Assembly: GCA_045560235.1 (NCBI GenBank)
Contig: JBJKZP010000002.1
Coordinates: 18,332-82,331, forward strand
Length of the DNA stretch: 64,000 bases
DNA from: Fidelibacterota bacterium
GTDB lineage: Bacteria; Fidelibacterota; Marinisomatia; Marinisomatales; Marinisomataceae
Direction of reading: 5' to 3'
Shown here: positions 1-10,337 of the stretch, one piece after another
Numbering within the stretch: position 1 is the stretch's first letter
How the letters are laid out: each line of letters starts with the position of its first letter
Notes under the pieces: model-generated
Databases searched by the model: none
Told to the model about the DNA's origin: nothing
What the model saw: only the letters and a program-made list of their open reading frames with translations
Program-made: the position numbers and the translations under genes

Positions 1-142
1 TGATCACCTTCCAATGGAATTCAATTATTTAAATTCTTTATATCTGATTTTAATAAGCGTTCTTTTTAGTGCAGTTTTCTCATTTCTATCCGTAAAAAAT
101 CTTATCAAAATTGAGCCCATTGATATTTTGAGGAATAAATGA
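1..142 (+). CDS. C-terminal end of an FtsX-family (LolC/LolE-like) permease; 5' truncated by the window edge
   Basis: Open frame from position 2 reads DHLPMEFNYLNSLYLILISVLFSAVFSFLSVKNLIKIEPIDILRNK*. This is a terminal TM helix plus a typical FtsX C-terminal tail. The TGA overlaps the next ATG (ATGA at 139-142). Confidence 0.6.
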   Translation, partial: DHLPMEFNYLNSLYLILISVLFSAVFSFLSVKNLIKIEPIDILRNK

Positions 143-1275
143 ATTTATATTTTTTAATTGCAAAAAGATTTTTATTTCCTAAAAAGAAATTTACTTCAAG
201 TATTATAAATTTTATTTCATTTTTAGGTTTATTTATTGGAGCTACTTCAATTGTACTTTCCATATCTGTTTTAAATGGTTTTCAAGATATTCTAAAGTCT
301 GAATATACTAAGCTCTATGGCCAATTTTTAATTGAGGATTATGATGATCAAGCAGATAAATCGATTAAAAATTATTTAGATTTAAATAATAGTAGCTATT
401 CCATTAATAGTGTTGATGAATTATTAATTATAGCTCAAAATAAACAAAGTCTTATTGAGCTCAAGTCTGTTACAAATCAATCTATAATTGATTTTTATGA
501 TTTGAATCTAAAAGAAAATCATGAAATTTTATCTGGTAACGAAATTATAATCGGGAATTCCCTTGCTTCACGTCTTAATTTAGATATTGGTGATAAGGTT
601 CAAATTATATCTAAAGATTTTAAGTTTAATTCTTTTGGTATTCCTGAAATAAAAGAAGTTGTTGTAGTTAATGTATTTACTAATAGAATTTTAAAAGCAG
701 ATGATTCCTTAATCTTTGGTATAATTAATGAGTCTAAAAACAAAAATTTATCTTTTGAATTTAATAATTCCGAAGTGTTAACATCAAATTTATCGTCTAA
801 AATATTGTCATGGAAAGATCGAAATCAACAGCTTTTTGAAGCAACTGAAATAGAAAAGAAGATTACATTTTTTACTTTATCATTAATCATATTAGTAGCA
901 TCATTTAATTTAAGTTCATCAATAATGCAAATTACTTCAAAGAAACTTAAAGATCTGGCCGTATTAATGTCTCTTGGAATGAACAAGTCTGGAATTAAAA
1001 TAATCTTTATTATTTATAGTTACTTAATAGGGGCTGGAGCAATTTTGCTTGGAATATCTTTTGCAGTTTTAATTATTTTTATACAAAATACTCACTCATT
1101 GATTAATCTAAATCCAGAATTTTATTTGGTAGATACTTTACCTATGAACATATTTATTGGCGATATTCTTTTTCTTTTGGCAGGTTCTTTAGTATTAGTT
1201 GGTATTTTTTCATTAATTCCATTAAGATTTGTTAAAAATATGAGTCCAAATCAAATTATTAATAGGCAAATATGA
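139..1275 (+). CDS. Lipoprotein-release / MacB-type ABC permease (LolC/LolE-like, FtsX family)
   Basis: 378 aa. N-terminal FLIAKRFLFPKKK motif followed by a TM helix, a large periplasmic loop, and three C-terminal TM helices. Overlaps the downstream ABC ATPase gene. Confidence 0.8.
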   Translation: MNLYFLIAKRFLFPKKKFTSSIINFISFLGLFIGATSIVLSISVLNGFQDILKSEYTKLYGQFLIEDYDDQADKSIKNYLDLNNSSYSINSVDELLIIAQNKQSLIELKSVTNQSIIDFYDLNLKENHEILSGNEIIIGNSLASRLNLDIGDKVQIISKDFKFNSFGIPEIKEVVVVNVFTNRILKADDSLIFGIINESKNKNLSFEFNNSEVLTSNLSSKILSWKDRNQQLFEATEIEKKITFFTLSLIILVASFNLSSSIMQITSKKLKDLAVLMSLGMNKSGIKIIFIIYSYLIGAGAILLGISFAVLIIFIQNTHSLINLNPEFYLVDTLPMNIFIGDILFLLAGSLVLVGIFSLIPLRFVKNMSPNQIINRQI

Positions 1276-1931
1276 TTATTAGAGTTAAAAACTTAAGTAA
1301 GAATTTTCGAGATGGTAAAAAAACTTTACATGTATTAAAAAATATAAACTTTGATGTCAAAGAAGGAGAAATTGTAACCATAAAAGGCCCTTCAGGATCA
1401 GGAAAATCTACACTCTTAAGTATTTTAGGAACTTTGGATAGCGCTGACAGCGGAGAAATATCTATAAACAACAAATCTTTAAGTGAAGTTAAAGATTTGA
1501 ATAGACTACGTAATTCAAATATAGGATTTGTTTTTCAATTTCATAACCTTATTCCAGAATTATCTCTTGAAGAGAATGTTTGTATGCCAAAAATGATTAG
1601 TAAGGGGAAAATTGATAATCATAAAATTGAAGAACTTTTTAAATTTTTTCAGCTTCAAGATAGAATGAAATCTTTTCCAAATGATCTTTCCGGCGGTGAA
1701 AAGCAAAGAGTAGCAGTAATGAGAGCGATAATAAATAATCCTTCAATAATCATTGCCGATGAACCAACAGGAAATTTAGATAAAGAAAATGCTATTAAAA
1801 TGATATCGCTTTTTAAGGAGTTAAATACTAAAAATAAATTAACTTTTATTATCGCAACCCACGATGAACAAATATTTCACATTGGTCATAGTAAATATAA
1901 TCTTGAGAGTGGAGATTTAAAAAAAATATAA
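1272..1931 (+). CDS. lolD: ABC transporter ATP-binding protein, LolD-like
   Basis: Walker A GPSGSGKST, ABC signature LSGGEKQR, and Walker B IIIADEPTGNLD. 4-nt overlap with the upstream permease. Confidence 0.88.
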   Translation: MIIRVKNLSKNFRDGKKTLHVLKNINFDVKEGEIVTIKGPSGSGKSTLLSILGTLDSADSGEISINNKSLSEVKDLNRLRNSNIGFVFQFHNLIPELSLEENVCMPKMISKGKIDNHKIEELFKFFQLQDRMKSFPNDLSGGEKQRVAVMRAIINNPSIIIADEPTGNLDKENAIKMISLFKELNTKNKLTFIIATHDEQIFHIGHSKYNLESGDLKKI

Positions 1932-1935
1932 AAAC

Positions 1936-1974
1936 ATGACTTTATGTCATACTTAATGACATTAATGTCATTAA
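1936..1974. promoter_or_regulatory. Tandem ATGAC/GTCAT inverted repeats, including a perfect 22-bp palindrome TTAATGACATTAATGTCATTAA (1953-1974); candidate operator or hairpin
   Basis: Read directly from the sequence. ATGAC-tttat-GTCAT lies at 1936-1950, and the self-complementary 22-mer at 1953-1974. Both sit in the 105-bp gap between lolD and dnaK, about 63 bp upstream of the dnaK ATG. Existence is certain; function is not. Confidence 0.5.
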
Positions 1975-2036
1975 AAATCTATTGGTATCATCTTTGCAAT
2001 TATAAAACTGAAACAAAAAATTTAAAGGAGTTTATA

Positions 2037-3944
2037 ATGGGAAAAATTATTGGAATTGATTTAGGTACAACGAATTCATGTGTGGCTGTGATGGAGGGTG
2101 GAGAACCAACCGTAATTACTAGCCCAGAAGGCGGAAGAACTACGCCTTCAGTAATTGGATTTACTAAGGACGGAGAAAGGCTAGTTGGTGATCCAGCTAA
2201 AAGACAAGCAGTCACTAATCCTGACAATACAATTTATTCTATAAAAAGATTTATGGGTAGAACGCCTGCTGAGATAAAAAAAGATATCGAAGAAGTACCT
2301 TATAATGTTGTTGTTGATGCTAAAAAAGTAAATGTTGAAGCAAATGGAAAGCAGTATCAACCACAAGAAATTAGTGCTATGGTACTACAAAAAATGAAAC
2401 AAATGGCTGAACAATATTTAGGTTCTACTGTGACAGATGCTGTTATAACTGTGCCAGCATATTTTAATGATTCACAAAGAAAAGCTACTAAAGATGCTGG
2501 AAAAATTGCTGGTTTAAATGTAAAAAGAATTATTAATGAACCAACGGCTGCATCGTTAGCATATGGATTTGATAAGAAAAAAGATGAAAAGGTTGCTGTT
2601 TTTGATTTAGGAGGAGGAACTTTTGATATTTCGATTTTAGATATCTTAAATGATGAAGGTCAAAGTATTGAAGTACATGCTAGTAATGGCGATGGAAGAC
2701 TAGGCGGAGATGATTTTGATCAAAAGATAGTAGATTGGTTAGCAGAAGAATTCAAAAAAACAGAAGGAATTGATCTTCGCAAAGATCCAATGGCTTTACA
2801 AAGATTAAAAGAATCTGCTGAAAATGCTAAAAAAGAGCTATCCTCTTCAAAGCAAACGGAAATTAATCTTCCTTTTATTACAGCAGATTCATCAGGTCCA
2901 AAGCATTTAAATATGACTTTAACTAGAGCAGCTTTTGAACAGTTAGTTACAGACTTAATTGAAAGAGTTGTAGCTCCTTGTAAGCAAGCATTAAAAGATT
3001 CGAAGTTGAGCTCATCTGATATTAATGAAGTTATTCTTGTAGGTGGATCAACCAGAATACCTGCAATTCAAGCAAAAGTAAAAGAGATTTTTGGAAAAGA
3101 TCCTAACCAGAGTGTAAATCCTGATGAAGTAGTTGCATTAGGTGCAGCAATTCAAGGTGGCGTACTTTCTGGAGATGTTGATGATGTATTGCTGCTTGAT
3201 GTAACCCCACTTACCTTAGGAATAGAAACAATGGGTGGCGTTGCTACACCATTAATTGAAAAAAATACTACGATTCCAACACAAAAGTCTCAAGTTTTCT
3301 CTACAGCAGCTGACAACCAACCAATGGTTGATATACATGTAGTTCAAGGAGAAAGATCTATGGCTAATGATAATAAAAGCTTAGGAAGATTTCACTTAGA
3401 TGGAATTCCTCCTGCTCCAAGAGGAACGCCTCAAATTGAAGTTTCATTTGATATGGATGCGAACGGAATTTTGAATGTGAAGGCGGTAGATAAGGCTACA
3501 TCAAAAGAACAAAGCATTAGAATTGAAGCTCAAAGCGGATTATCAGATCAAGAAATTGAAAAAATGGTCAATGATGCTAAAAAACATGAAGCAGAAGACA
3601 AGGCTAAAAAAGAAGAAATAGATACTAAAAATCAAGCAGAGCAACTTGTGTTTCAAACAGAGAAACAGATGAAAGATTTAGATGATAAATTATCTGAAGA
3701 TGATAAAAATGATCTTAATGAAGCATTAGATAAGCTTAAAAAAGCTAATGAATTATCTGTGATTGAAGATATTAAAACAGAAATGGAAAATTTAAATTCA
3801 GTGTGGAGCTCAAAAGCTTCTTCAATGTATGATGCTTCTAGTAATCAAGAGCAAACTAATCCAGCTCAAGAACCAAGCTCATCTGCAGAAGCAAAAGATG
3901 ATAAAAAAATTAAAGACGCTGATTTTGAAGTAGTAGAAGACTAG
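2037..3944 (+). CDS. dnaK: Molecular chaperone DnaK (Hsp70)
   Basis: Canonical N-terminus [18 protein letters not shown], preceded by AAGGAG 6 nt upstream. DLGGGTFD and [14 protein letters not shown] motifs are present. The ORF-track start at 1944 is an artefactual extension. Confidence 0.97.
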   Translation: MGKIIGIDLGTTNSCVAVMEGGEPTVITSPEGGRTTPSVIGFTKDGERLVGDPAKRQAVTNPDNTIYSIKRFMGRTPAEIKKDIEEVPYNVVVDAKKVNVEANGKQYQPQEISAMVLQKMKQMAEQYLGSTVTDAVITVPAYFNDSQRKATKDAGKIAGLNVKRIINEPTAASLAYGFDKKKDEKVAVFDLGGGTFDISILDILNDEGQSIEVHASNGDGRLGGDDFDQKIVDWLAEEFKKTEGIDLRKDPMALQRLKESAENAKKELSSSKQTEINLPFITADSSGPKHLNMTLTRAAFEQLVTDLIERVVAPCKQALKDSKLSSSDINEVILVGGSTRIPAIQAKVKEIFGKDPNQSVNPDEVVALGAAIQGGVLSGDVDDVLLLDVTPLTLGIETMGGVATPLIEKNTTIPTQKSQVFSTAADNQPMVDIHVVQGERSMANDNKSLGRFHLDGIPPAPRGTPQIEVSFDMDANGILNVKAVDKATSKEQSIRIEAQSGLSDQEIEKMVNDAKKHEAEDKAKKEEIDTKNQAEQLVFQTEKQMKDLDDKLSEDDKNDLNEALDKLKKANELSVIEDIKTEMENLNSVWSSKASSMYDASSNQEQTNPAQEPSSSAEAKDDKKIKDADFEVVED

Positions 3945-3987
3945 TTTTAGATTTTATATTTAGCTATTAATAGTTAGTTTTTCAACT

Positions 3988-5184
3988 ATGGAAAGCGTAG
4001 TTCCAAAACTGATAAAAACTTTACTGAGTCTAATATCCACTTTTATACTTTTTTTAGCTATAGTTGCTATAGCTTTCTATTTCTACTTATCTGACGGAGT
4101 AGAGCTTAAGCTTGATAAGTCAAATACAACACTGAGTAGTCTTACTCAAAGATTCGAAATTGATTTTGATGAATCGTCTTCTGTTTTTTTCAAAGCAAGA
4201 GACAATGGTATAGATACTTATATTACTTTAGTTGAACCCGTAATTAAGAAATCTAAAAAAATATTACTTGAAGCAGAAAATATTACATTAAATACATCTT
4301 TAGATTTCAGGAAAACTTTACAACTTGCAATTCAAATAATATTAAATAATAATACTGATCTTAACTTAGTTAATCCTGTTGCAATAAAATTAAAAAGTCC
4401 ATTGCTCGATATATCTAATTTTCAAGGTCAAGACATGCTAGATAAGAGTGATAAAAATTTTTTTAATGTATCCATTAAAGCTGATAATGGAAAAATGATT
4501 GACGGTAAAATAGATTTGGGTGAATTTGATTTTTTATTAAATATTAAACAATTTTCAAAAAACTCAATTTTGGATAGCTACAAATTTAGATTAAAATCAT
4601 CAGAAAAATTTCCCGCAAGTTATATCGCTAAATTTTTTCCTGATGTTGATAGTATAGGCGATTCTAAAGAAACAGTATCATTTGATATTACTCTTGAAGA
4701 CAAATCTTTCAATGATCCTGAGATGAGTCAAAAGTTAAATGGTGTTATTCAAATCAGAAATACAACTATGAAACTTAAGAGGTTTCCAGTTGAATTGAAA
4801 CCAGAACCAATTTACAGTTTAAACTTAGATTTAAATATTATAGATAATATTGCTCAAGCAAATTTAACTGGTTCATTATATAATCCAAAAAAAAGATGGA
4901 AATATCAATCTTCTAATCTTCAGATTGGAGGTAAAATCAATTTTGAAGAAATTCTGAAACCTAATCTAGATTTAATCGTTAATGGTTATGATATCCATTT
5001 TGCTAAATTAGATAATCCTAATTTAAACGGTTTAGCAGACTTAACAGTGTCTATAGTTGGAAAAAATGTATTAGATTTAAAGGGTTCTTTAAAAATTAAA
5101 GAAAGTAGAGGCTTCTTGGTTCCATTAGCTGATACTGAGTTTCAAGCAAAACATGTTATAAGAAGTTTAGATGAAAAAAAATGA
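3988..5184 (+). CDS. Hypothetical N-terminally anchored protein; the beta-rich repetitive body weakly resembles the N-terminal part of AsmA/TamB-like proteins
   Basis: 398 aa. Single N-terminal TM helix (LLSLISTFILFLAIVAIAFYFYL). The C-terminal repeats (NLNGLADLTVSIVGKNVLDLKGSLKI) resemble TamB-like repeats. 14-nt overlap with the MoxR gene. Confidence 0.55.
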   Translation: MESVVPKLIKTLLSLISTFILFLAIVAIAFYFYLSDGVELKLDKSNTTLSSLTQRFEIDFDESSSVFFKARDNGIDTYITLVEPVIKKSKKILLEAENITLNTSLDFRKTLQLAIQIILNNNTDLNLVNPVAIKLKSPLLDISNFQGQDMLDKSDKNFFNVSIKADNGKMIDGKIDLGEFDFLLNIKQFSKNSILDSYKFRLKSSEKFPASYIAKFFPDVDSIGDSKETVSFDITLEDKSFNDPEMSQKLNGVIQIRNTTMKLKRFPVELKPEPIYSLNLDLNIIDNIAQANLTGSLYNPKKRWKYQSSNLQIGGKINFEEILKPNLDLIVNGYDIHFAKLDNPNLNGLADLTVSIVGKNVLDLKGSLKIKESRGFLVPLADTEFQAKHVIRSLDEKK

Positions 5185-6163
5185 ACTAGATAGATTGAAC
5201 GCTAAGATTCAACAAAAATCATCATTCGTGGATGAACTTAGAAATGAAATTTCTAATGTTATAGTAGGTCAGAATGACTTAATTGATAAGATTTTAATTT
5301 CAGTTATTTCTAATGGTCATATCCTTTTAGAAGGCGTCCCTGGTTTAGCAAAGACTTTAACTATCAATACTGTTGCAAGTTTAATTAATGCTGAATTCAA
5401 AAGAATACAATTTACTCCAGATATGCTTCCAGCAGATTTATTAGGAACATTGATATACAACCAAAAAACTGGAGAATTTAATACAAAAAAAGGTCCGATA
5501 TTTTCTAATATAATCTTAGCTGATGAAATAAATAGAGCTCCATCTAAAGTTCAAAGCGCTTTACTTGAATCAATGCAAGAAAGACAGGTTACGATAGGCG
5601 ATGAAACCTTTAAGCTTTCAACTCCATTTTTAGTTTTAGCTACTCAAAATCCTATTGAGCAAGAAGGTACATATCCACTTCCAGAGGCTCAAGTTGATAG
5701 GTTCATGATGAAAGTTTTGGTTGATTATCCATCTATTAGCGAAGAAAAAGAGATATTGAAAAGAGCAAGTACAGTCTCTAGTAATAAAATAAAATCTATT
5801 GTTAAATCTAAATCAATACTAGACGCACAAAATTTAGTTAACGAAATATATCTTGATTCAAAAATTGCTGATTATATTTTAAATATAGTTTTTGCAACTA
5901 GAGAGCCAGAAAATTTTAATCTATCCAAATTATGTGATCTAATTACATTTGGAGCATCTCCTCGTGCTTCGATTAATTTAGTTCTTGCTTCAAAAGCTAA
6001 AGCATTTATTGATGGAAGAGGTTATGTTATTCCTGAGGATATTAAATATGTAGCAAAAGATATATTAAGACATAGAATCTTATTGTCTTACGAAGCAGAA
6101 GCAGAGGAAATATCTTCAGAGGATATTATTGAGCAGCTTCTTCAAGAAATTCCAGTTCCTTGA
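5171..6163 (+). CDS. MoxR-family AAA+ ATPase
   Basis: Walker A GVPGLAKT, Walker B ILADEINRA, and SALLESMQERQVT, which is typical of MoxR/RavA. 330 aa. Confidence 0.9.
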   Translation: MKKNELDRLNAKIQQKSSFVDELRNEISNVIVGQNDLIDKILISVISNGHILLEGVPGLAKTLTINTVASLINAEFKRIQFTPDMLPADLLGTLIYNQKTGEFNTKKGPIFSNIILADEINRAPSKVQSALLESMQERQVTIGDETFKLSTPFLVLATQNPIEQEGTYPLPEAQVDRFMMKVLVDYPSISEEKEILKRASTVSSNKIKSIVKSKSILDAQNLVNEIYLDSKIADYILNIVFATREPENFNLSKLCDLITFGASPRASINLVLASKAKAFIDGRGYVIPEDIKYVAKDILRHRILLSYEAEAEEISSEDIIEQLLQEIPVP

Positions 6164-6170
6164 GGCTGAG

Positions 6171-7049
6171 ATGTCTAAAGAAATTTTAAAAAAAGTTCGT
6201 CAAATTGAAATCAGAACAAAAAATATAGTAAATGATTTTTTTGGAGGCGATTACCATTCAAATTTTAAGGGAAGAGGAATGACATTTTCAGAGGTAAGAG
6301 AATACGTACCGGGAGATGACATTAGATCAATAGACTGGAATGTTACCGCTAAAACAGGAAAGCCGCATATAAAAATATTTGAAGAAGAAAGAGAGCTTTC
6401 TGTTTTAATACTAATTGATGTAAGTAGCTCTGGAATATTTGGATCAAAAAAAGATTTTAAAATTGATGTTGCTGTAGAAATTGCTGCAATGCTAAGCTTT
6501 TCGGCAATTAAGAATAATGATAAGGTGGGTTTAGTTTTATTCAGCGATATAATTGAAAAATATATTCCCCCTAAAAAGGGTAAAAAGCATGTATTGAGGC
6601 TAATTACTGATATTATTAATCATGATTTTGATATAAACAAAAAGAAAACTTCAATTAAAAACGCTATTGATTTTGCTAATAAAATTTCAAAAAGAAAGAG
6701 CGTAATATTTTTGATATCTGATTTTATTGACAATGATTTTTTTAATGAATTAAAGTTTTTGAACTTTAAACATGATTTGATTGGTTTACAAATTTATGAT
6801 TCTTTTGAAAGAGATTTCCCTAATATTGGTTTAGTCAATATACATGATTCAGAAACAGGTAAAAAGGCCTGGATAGATACATCAAGCAAAAAAAATAGAG
6901 AAAATTTTTTAAAAGATTCAAATTCAAAGCTCGATTTATTTTCTAAAAAATGTAAAAATATCGGATTTGATTTATTGCAAATAAGCACTGATGATGATTA
7001 TGTAAAGTTTTTAATGCAATTTTTTAGAAAAAGAGCTAAGAGAAGTTAA
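6171..7049 (+). CDS. DUF58-family protein (MoxR partner, vWA-like fold)
   Basis: GDDIRSIDWNVTAKTGKPHIKIFEEEREL is the hallmark DUF58 motif. An ATG at 6171 lies just after the MoxR stop. The ORF-track start at 6129 would overlap MoxR. Confidence 0.85.
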   Translation: MSKEILKKVRQIEIRTKNIVNDFFGGDYHSNFKGRGMTFSEVREYVPGDDIRSIDWNVTAKTGKPHIKIFEEERELSVLILIDVSSSGIFGSKKDFKIDVAVEIAAMLSFSAIKNNDKVGLVLFSDIIEKYIPPKKGKKHVLRLITDIINHDFDINKKKTSIKNAIDFANKISKRKSVIFLISDFIDNDFFNELKFLNFKHDLIGLQIYDSFERDFPNIGLVNIHDSETGKKAWIDTSSKKNRENFLKDSNSKLDLFSKKCKNIGFDLLQISTDDDYVKFLMQFFRKRAKRS

Positions 7050-7909
7050 TGAAAAAATATTTTATCATTTTTTGTTTATTATTTTCATGTGATAATAAAA
7101 TAAAAAATCCTGAAATTATTTATAAAACAATACCTGCAATATCACAAATAGGTTCTCCTGTTAATCATAGTATTGAGATAAATAATTTGGGCAAACTATT
7201 TACACTAAACAGTGTAACATGGGAAGACTCATCAAATTGGCTTAAAGATTCGACTAAGGTGATAATAAAAGAATCAAATATCGATACTCTAGAAAATGCT
7301 ATTTTGTTTAATTATGAAATTACATTTTGGGATACTGGAAAGGTGATTATTCCATCTCATTATGCAAGTATTAGCTTTCCAGATTCTCTGTCTCCATCAA
7401 TTTTTAGAACTGAATCAAATGAAGTATTTATTTCTTCTGTATTTGACAGTACAATGACAACAACTATAGTAGATAAGCCATTGAAGGAAATAGAATTTCC
7501 AATAGAAAAATTGAAATTATTTGCATTGCTTCTTCTTTTAATTTCAATTATATATTTTACAAGCTTATTAAAAACAAGAAGTAGTCAAAAGTCAAATAAA
7601 AGAAAATTTTTTAATTTTAATCCTAAATTAAAAGCACTGAACGATGTTAAAGAAATCAATTTAGATTTACCTTCTTTGGAATTTTATAGTGAAGTATCGG
7701 AAATATTGAGAAAATATTTCCAAAATAATTATTATATAATTTCTTTTGAAATGACCTCATCAGAATTGAAGAAATATTTTCAAGATAAAGAATTAAATAT
7801 ACTTTTAGATCAAATTGATCAAGTAAAATTTGGTAGAAAAGACTCTTCTTATTCAGAAAAAAAAGATATTTTAGTTTTATTAAAAAAAGTTATAAGAAAA
7901 CTATTATAA
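7049..7909 (+). CDS. Hypothetical lipoprotein with a central TM helix (possible BatD-like / Bat-operon accessory protein)
   Basis: Lipobox LLFSC near the N-terminus and an internal TM helix LFALLLLLISIIYFTSLL. TAATG overlap with the DUF58 gene. Family assignment is uncertain. Confidence 0.5.
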   Translation: MKKYFIIFCLLFSCDNKIKNPEIIYKTIPAISQIGSPVNHSIEINNLGKLFTLNSVTWEDSSNWLKDSTKVIIKESNIDTLENAILFNYEITFWDTGKVIIPSHYASISFPDSLSPSIFRTESNEVFISSVFDSTMTTTIVDKPLKEIEFPIEKLKLFALLLLLISIIYFTSLLKTRSSQKSNKRKFFNFNPKLKALNDVKEINLDLPSLEFYSEVSEILRKYFQNNYYIISFEMTSSELKKYFQDKELNILLDQIDQVKFGRKDSSYSEKKDILVLLKKVIRKLL

Positions 7910-7936
7910 AGTGTTTAATTAAATTAATTTACAGAC

Positions 7937-8500
7937 ATGAGTACAACAGCAGATATTAGAAACGGTGCCGTAATTCTATTCAAGAACTCAAGAATGAAGA
8001 TTGTAGAATTTCAACATGTCAAGCCTGGTAAAGGCCCTGCGTTTGTCAGAACGAAATTAAAAGATATTAAATCTGGAAAAATTATTGATCATACTTATAA
8101 TTCAGGAGCAAAAATTGAATTTATTCGGGTCACTTCAAGCAAGTTTCAATATTTATACAGAGATGGTGATAGTTTTGTGTTTATGGATAACAATACCTTC
8201 AATCAAGTGAATGTTTCAGAATCAATGATGGATAATGGACATTTTTATATTAAAGAGGGGGATACCATAGAGATATCTTTTGATGGAGAAGAAATAATAA
8301 GTTTAATTTTTCCCTCAAAAACTATTCTTAAGGTTGTTCAAACAGATCCGGGTCACAAGGGAAATACTGCAACAAATGCATTAAAACCTGCAAAGCTAGA
8401 AACTGGTTTAGAAGTTCAGGTTCCATTGTTTATTAATGAGGGTGATTTAGTTAAAATTGACACTAAAGATGGTAGTTATTCAGAAAGAATAAAACATTAG
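7937..8500 (+). CDS. efp: Translation elongation factor P
   Basis: 187 aa. Contains the [15 protein letters not shown] loop with the conserved modifiable Lys. Typical EF-P length and domain pattern. Confidence 0.95.
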   Translation: MSTTADIRNGAVILFKNSRMKIVEFQHVKPGKGPAFVRTKLKDIKSGKIIDHTYNSGAKIEFIRVTSSKFQYLYRDGDSFVFMDNNTFNQVNVSESMMDNGHFYIKEGDTIEISFDGEEIISLIFPSKTILKVVQTDPGHKGNTATNALKPAKLETGLEVQVPLFINEGDLVKIDTKDGSYSERIKH

Positions 8501-8501
8501 T

Positions 8502-8981
8502 ATGTGGAAAGATAAAATAAAAGAAATCATTTACATGTTAGAGAATAGCGATGTTAATGAAATTGAAGTTAGGTCTTGGTTTAATAAGATTAAAGTGACA
8601 AAAAAGCCATCTATTCTTAATGTGGATTCTGCTCAGGCTTCTTCTCAAAATATTTCAGCAAGTAATGAAAATGTAATTTCAAGTGATAACAATGCAAATA
8701 AAGAAGAACAAAAAATTAAAACCCCAACTACTTCTGACTTGGTTGAAGTTAAATCGCCAATGCCTGGAACTTTTTATTCTTCTTCAGATCCTGATTCTCT
8801 ACCTTTTGTATCTGTTGGAGATGCGGTTAAGCCGGGTGATACTATATGTATTGTAGAAGCAATGAAAATTATGAACGAAATTCAGGCTGAAGATTCAGGA
8901 GTTGTTGAAGAAATTTTCATTCAAAATGCTTGTCCGGTTGAATTTGATCAAGTGCTTTTCAAATTAAAAATATCCAATTAA
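8502..8981 (+). CDS. accB: Acetyl-CoA carboxylase biotin carboxyl carrier protein
   Basis: C-terminal biotinyl domain with the EAMKIMNEI motif. Lies immediately upstream of accC. Confidence 0.9.
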   Translation: MWKDKIKEIIYMLENSDVNEIEVRSWFNKIKVTKKPSILNVDSAQASSQNISASNENVISSDNNANKEEQKIKTPTTSDLVEVKSPMPGTFYSSSDPDSLPFVSVGDAVKPGDTICIVEAMKIMNEIQAEDSGVVEEIFIQNACPVEFDQVLFKLKISN

Positions 8982-8982
8982 A

Positions 8983-10335
8983 ATGTTTAAGAAAATTCTT
9001 ATTGCCAATAGAGGTGAAATTGCTATAAGAATAATCAGGGCATGTAAAGAAATGGGAATTAAAACAGTAGCTGTTTTTTCAAAAGCCGATAAACACTCTT
9101 TGCATATAAAATTTGCTGATGAGGCTATATGTATTGGAAACGGTCCTGCAGTAGAAAGTTATTTAAATATTCCTAGAATAATTGCTGCTGGCGAAATCAC
9201 AAATGCTGATGCAATTCATCCTGGTTATGGATTTCTTGCAGAAAATGCAAAATTTAGTCAAATATGTAAAGATAATGGATTTACATTTATTGGCCCTGAT
9301 TCAGAAATTATTAATTTAATGGGCGATAAAGTTAATGCAAGAAAAGCAGCTAATAATGCAGGAGTGCCCATCATTTCTGGAAGCAACACTCTTTCTTCAG
9401 TTCAAGAGTTTCTAGAAATAGCAGAAAATATTGGATACCCAGTTATGCTTAAGGCTGTAGCTGGCGGTGGCGGAAAAGGGATGCGTGTTATTAGAAATGT
9501 ATCAGAAGCTGAAAAAGGTTTTTCTATTATTCAGAATGAAGCAGAAATGGCTTTTAATAACTCCGAAATTTATGTTGAAAAATTTGTTGAAAATGGTAGA
9601 CATATAGAAGTTCAGATTCTATCTGATAAATTTGGAAATCATTTACATTTAGGTGAAAGAGAGTGTTCAATTCAAAGAAGCAATCAAAAATTAATTGAAG
9701 AATGCCCATCAGCTTTTGTTGATAAAGAATTGAGAGAAAAACTTACATCAAAATCAATTGAGTTAGCAAAAAATGTCAATTATATAGGAGCCGGTACAAT
9801 AGAATTCTTGGTAGATAAAGATAAAAATTTCTTTTTTATTGAAATGAATACAAGAATACAAGTTGAACATACTGTTACTGAAATGGTATGCATGATTGAT
9901 TTAGTTAAGGAGCAAATTAGAACTTATGCTGGAGAAAAACTTTCAATGCAGCAACAAGATATAATAATGAATGGACATGCAATTGAATGTAGAATTAACG
10001 CTGAAGATCCATATAATAATTTTATACCATCTCCAAAAAAAATAAAATCACTCAATTTTCCTGGTGGAATTGGAGTAAGAATTGATTCATTTATTTATGC
10101 AGGATATGAGATACCAACTTTTTATGATTCAATGTTAGGAAAGTTAATAGTTCACTCATCGTCGAGGAAAAAAGCTATTACGAGAATGAAAAGATCATTG
10201 CAAGAGACTTTTATTGAAGGTCCTGCAACTACGCTTCCATTATTAGAAGAAATTTTCGAAAATAAAGACTTTAATAATGGAAATTTTGATATAAATTTTT
10301 TAGGTAAATTTTTAGAAAAAAACAGAAGAGGGTAA
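8983..10335 (+). CDS. accC: Acetyl-CoA carboxylase biotin carboxylase subunit
   Basis: N-terminus MFKKILIANRGEIAIRIIRAC, plus the ATP-grasp motifs MLKAVAGGGGKGMRV and EMNTRIQVEHTVTE. Confidence 0.95.
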   Translation: MFKKILIANRGEIAIRIIRACKEMGIKTVAVFSKADKHSLHIKFADEAICIGNGPAVESYLNIPRIIAAGEITNADAIHPGYGFLAENAKFSQICKDNGFTFIGPDSEIINLMGDKVNARKAANNAGVPIISGSNTLSSVQEFLEIAENIGYPVMLKAVAGGGGKGMRVIRNVSEAEKGFSIIQNEAEMAFNNSEIYVEKFVENGRHIEVQILSDKFGNHLHLGERECSIQRSNQKLIEECPSAFVDKELREKLTSKSIELAKNVNYIGAGTIEFLVDKDKNFFFIEMNTRIQVEHTVTEMVCMIDLVKEQIRTYAGEKLSMQQQDIIMNGHAIECRINAEDPYNNFIPSPKKIKSLNFPGGIGVRIDSFIYAGYEIPTFYDSMLGKLIVHSSSRKKAITRMKRSLQETFIEGPATTLPLLEEIFENKDFNNGNFDINFLGKFLEKNRRG

Positions 10336-10337
10336 GG

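Noticed and set aside
1944-2036. The ORF-track N-terminal extension of dnaK ([21 protein letters not shown]...).
   Set aside because: The canonical DnaK N-terminus [14 protein letters not shown] begins at 2037 with AAGGAG 6 nt upstream. The extension runs through the palindromic intergenic DNA and has no Hsp70 counterpart.
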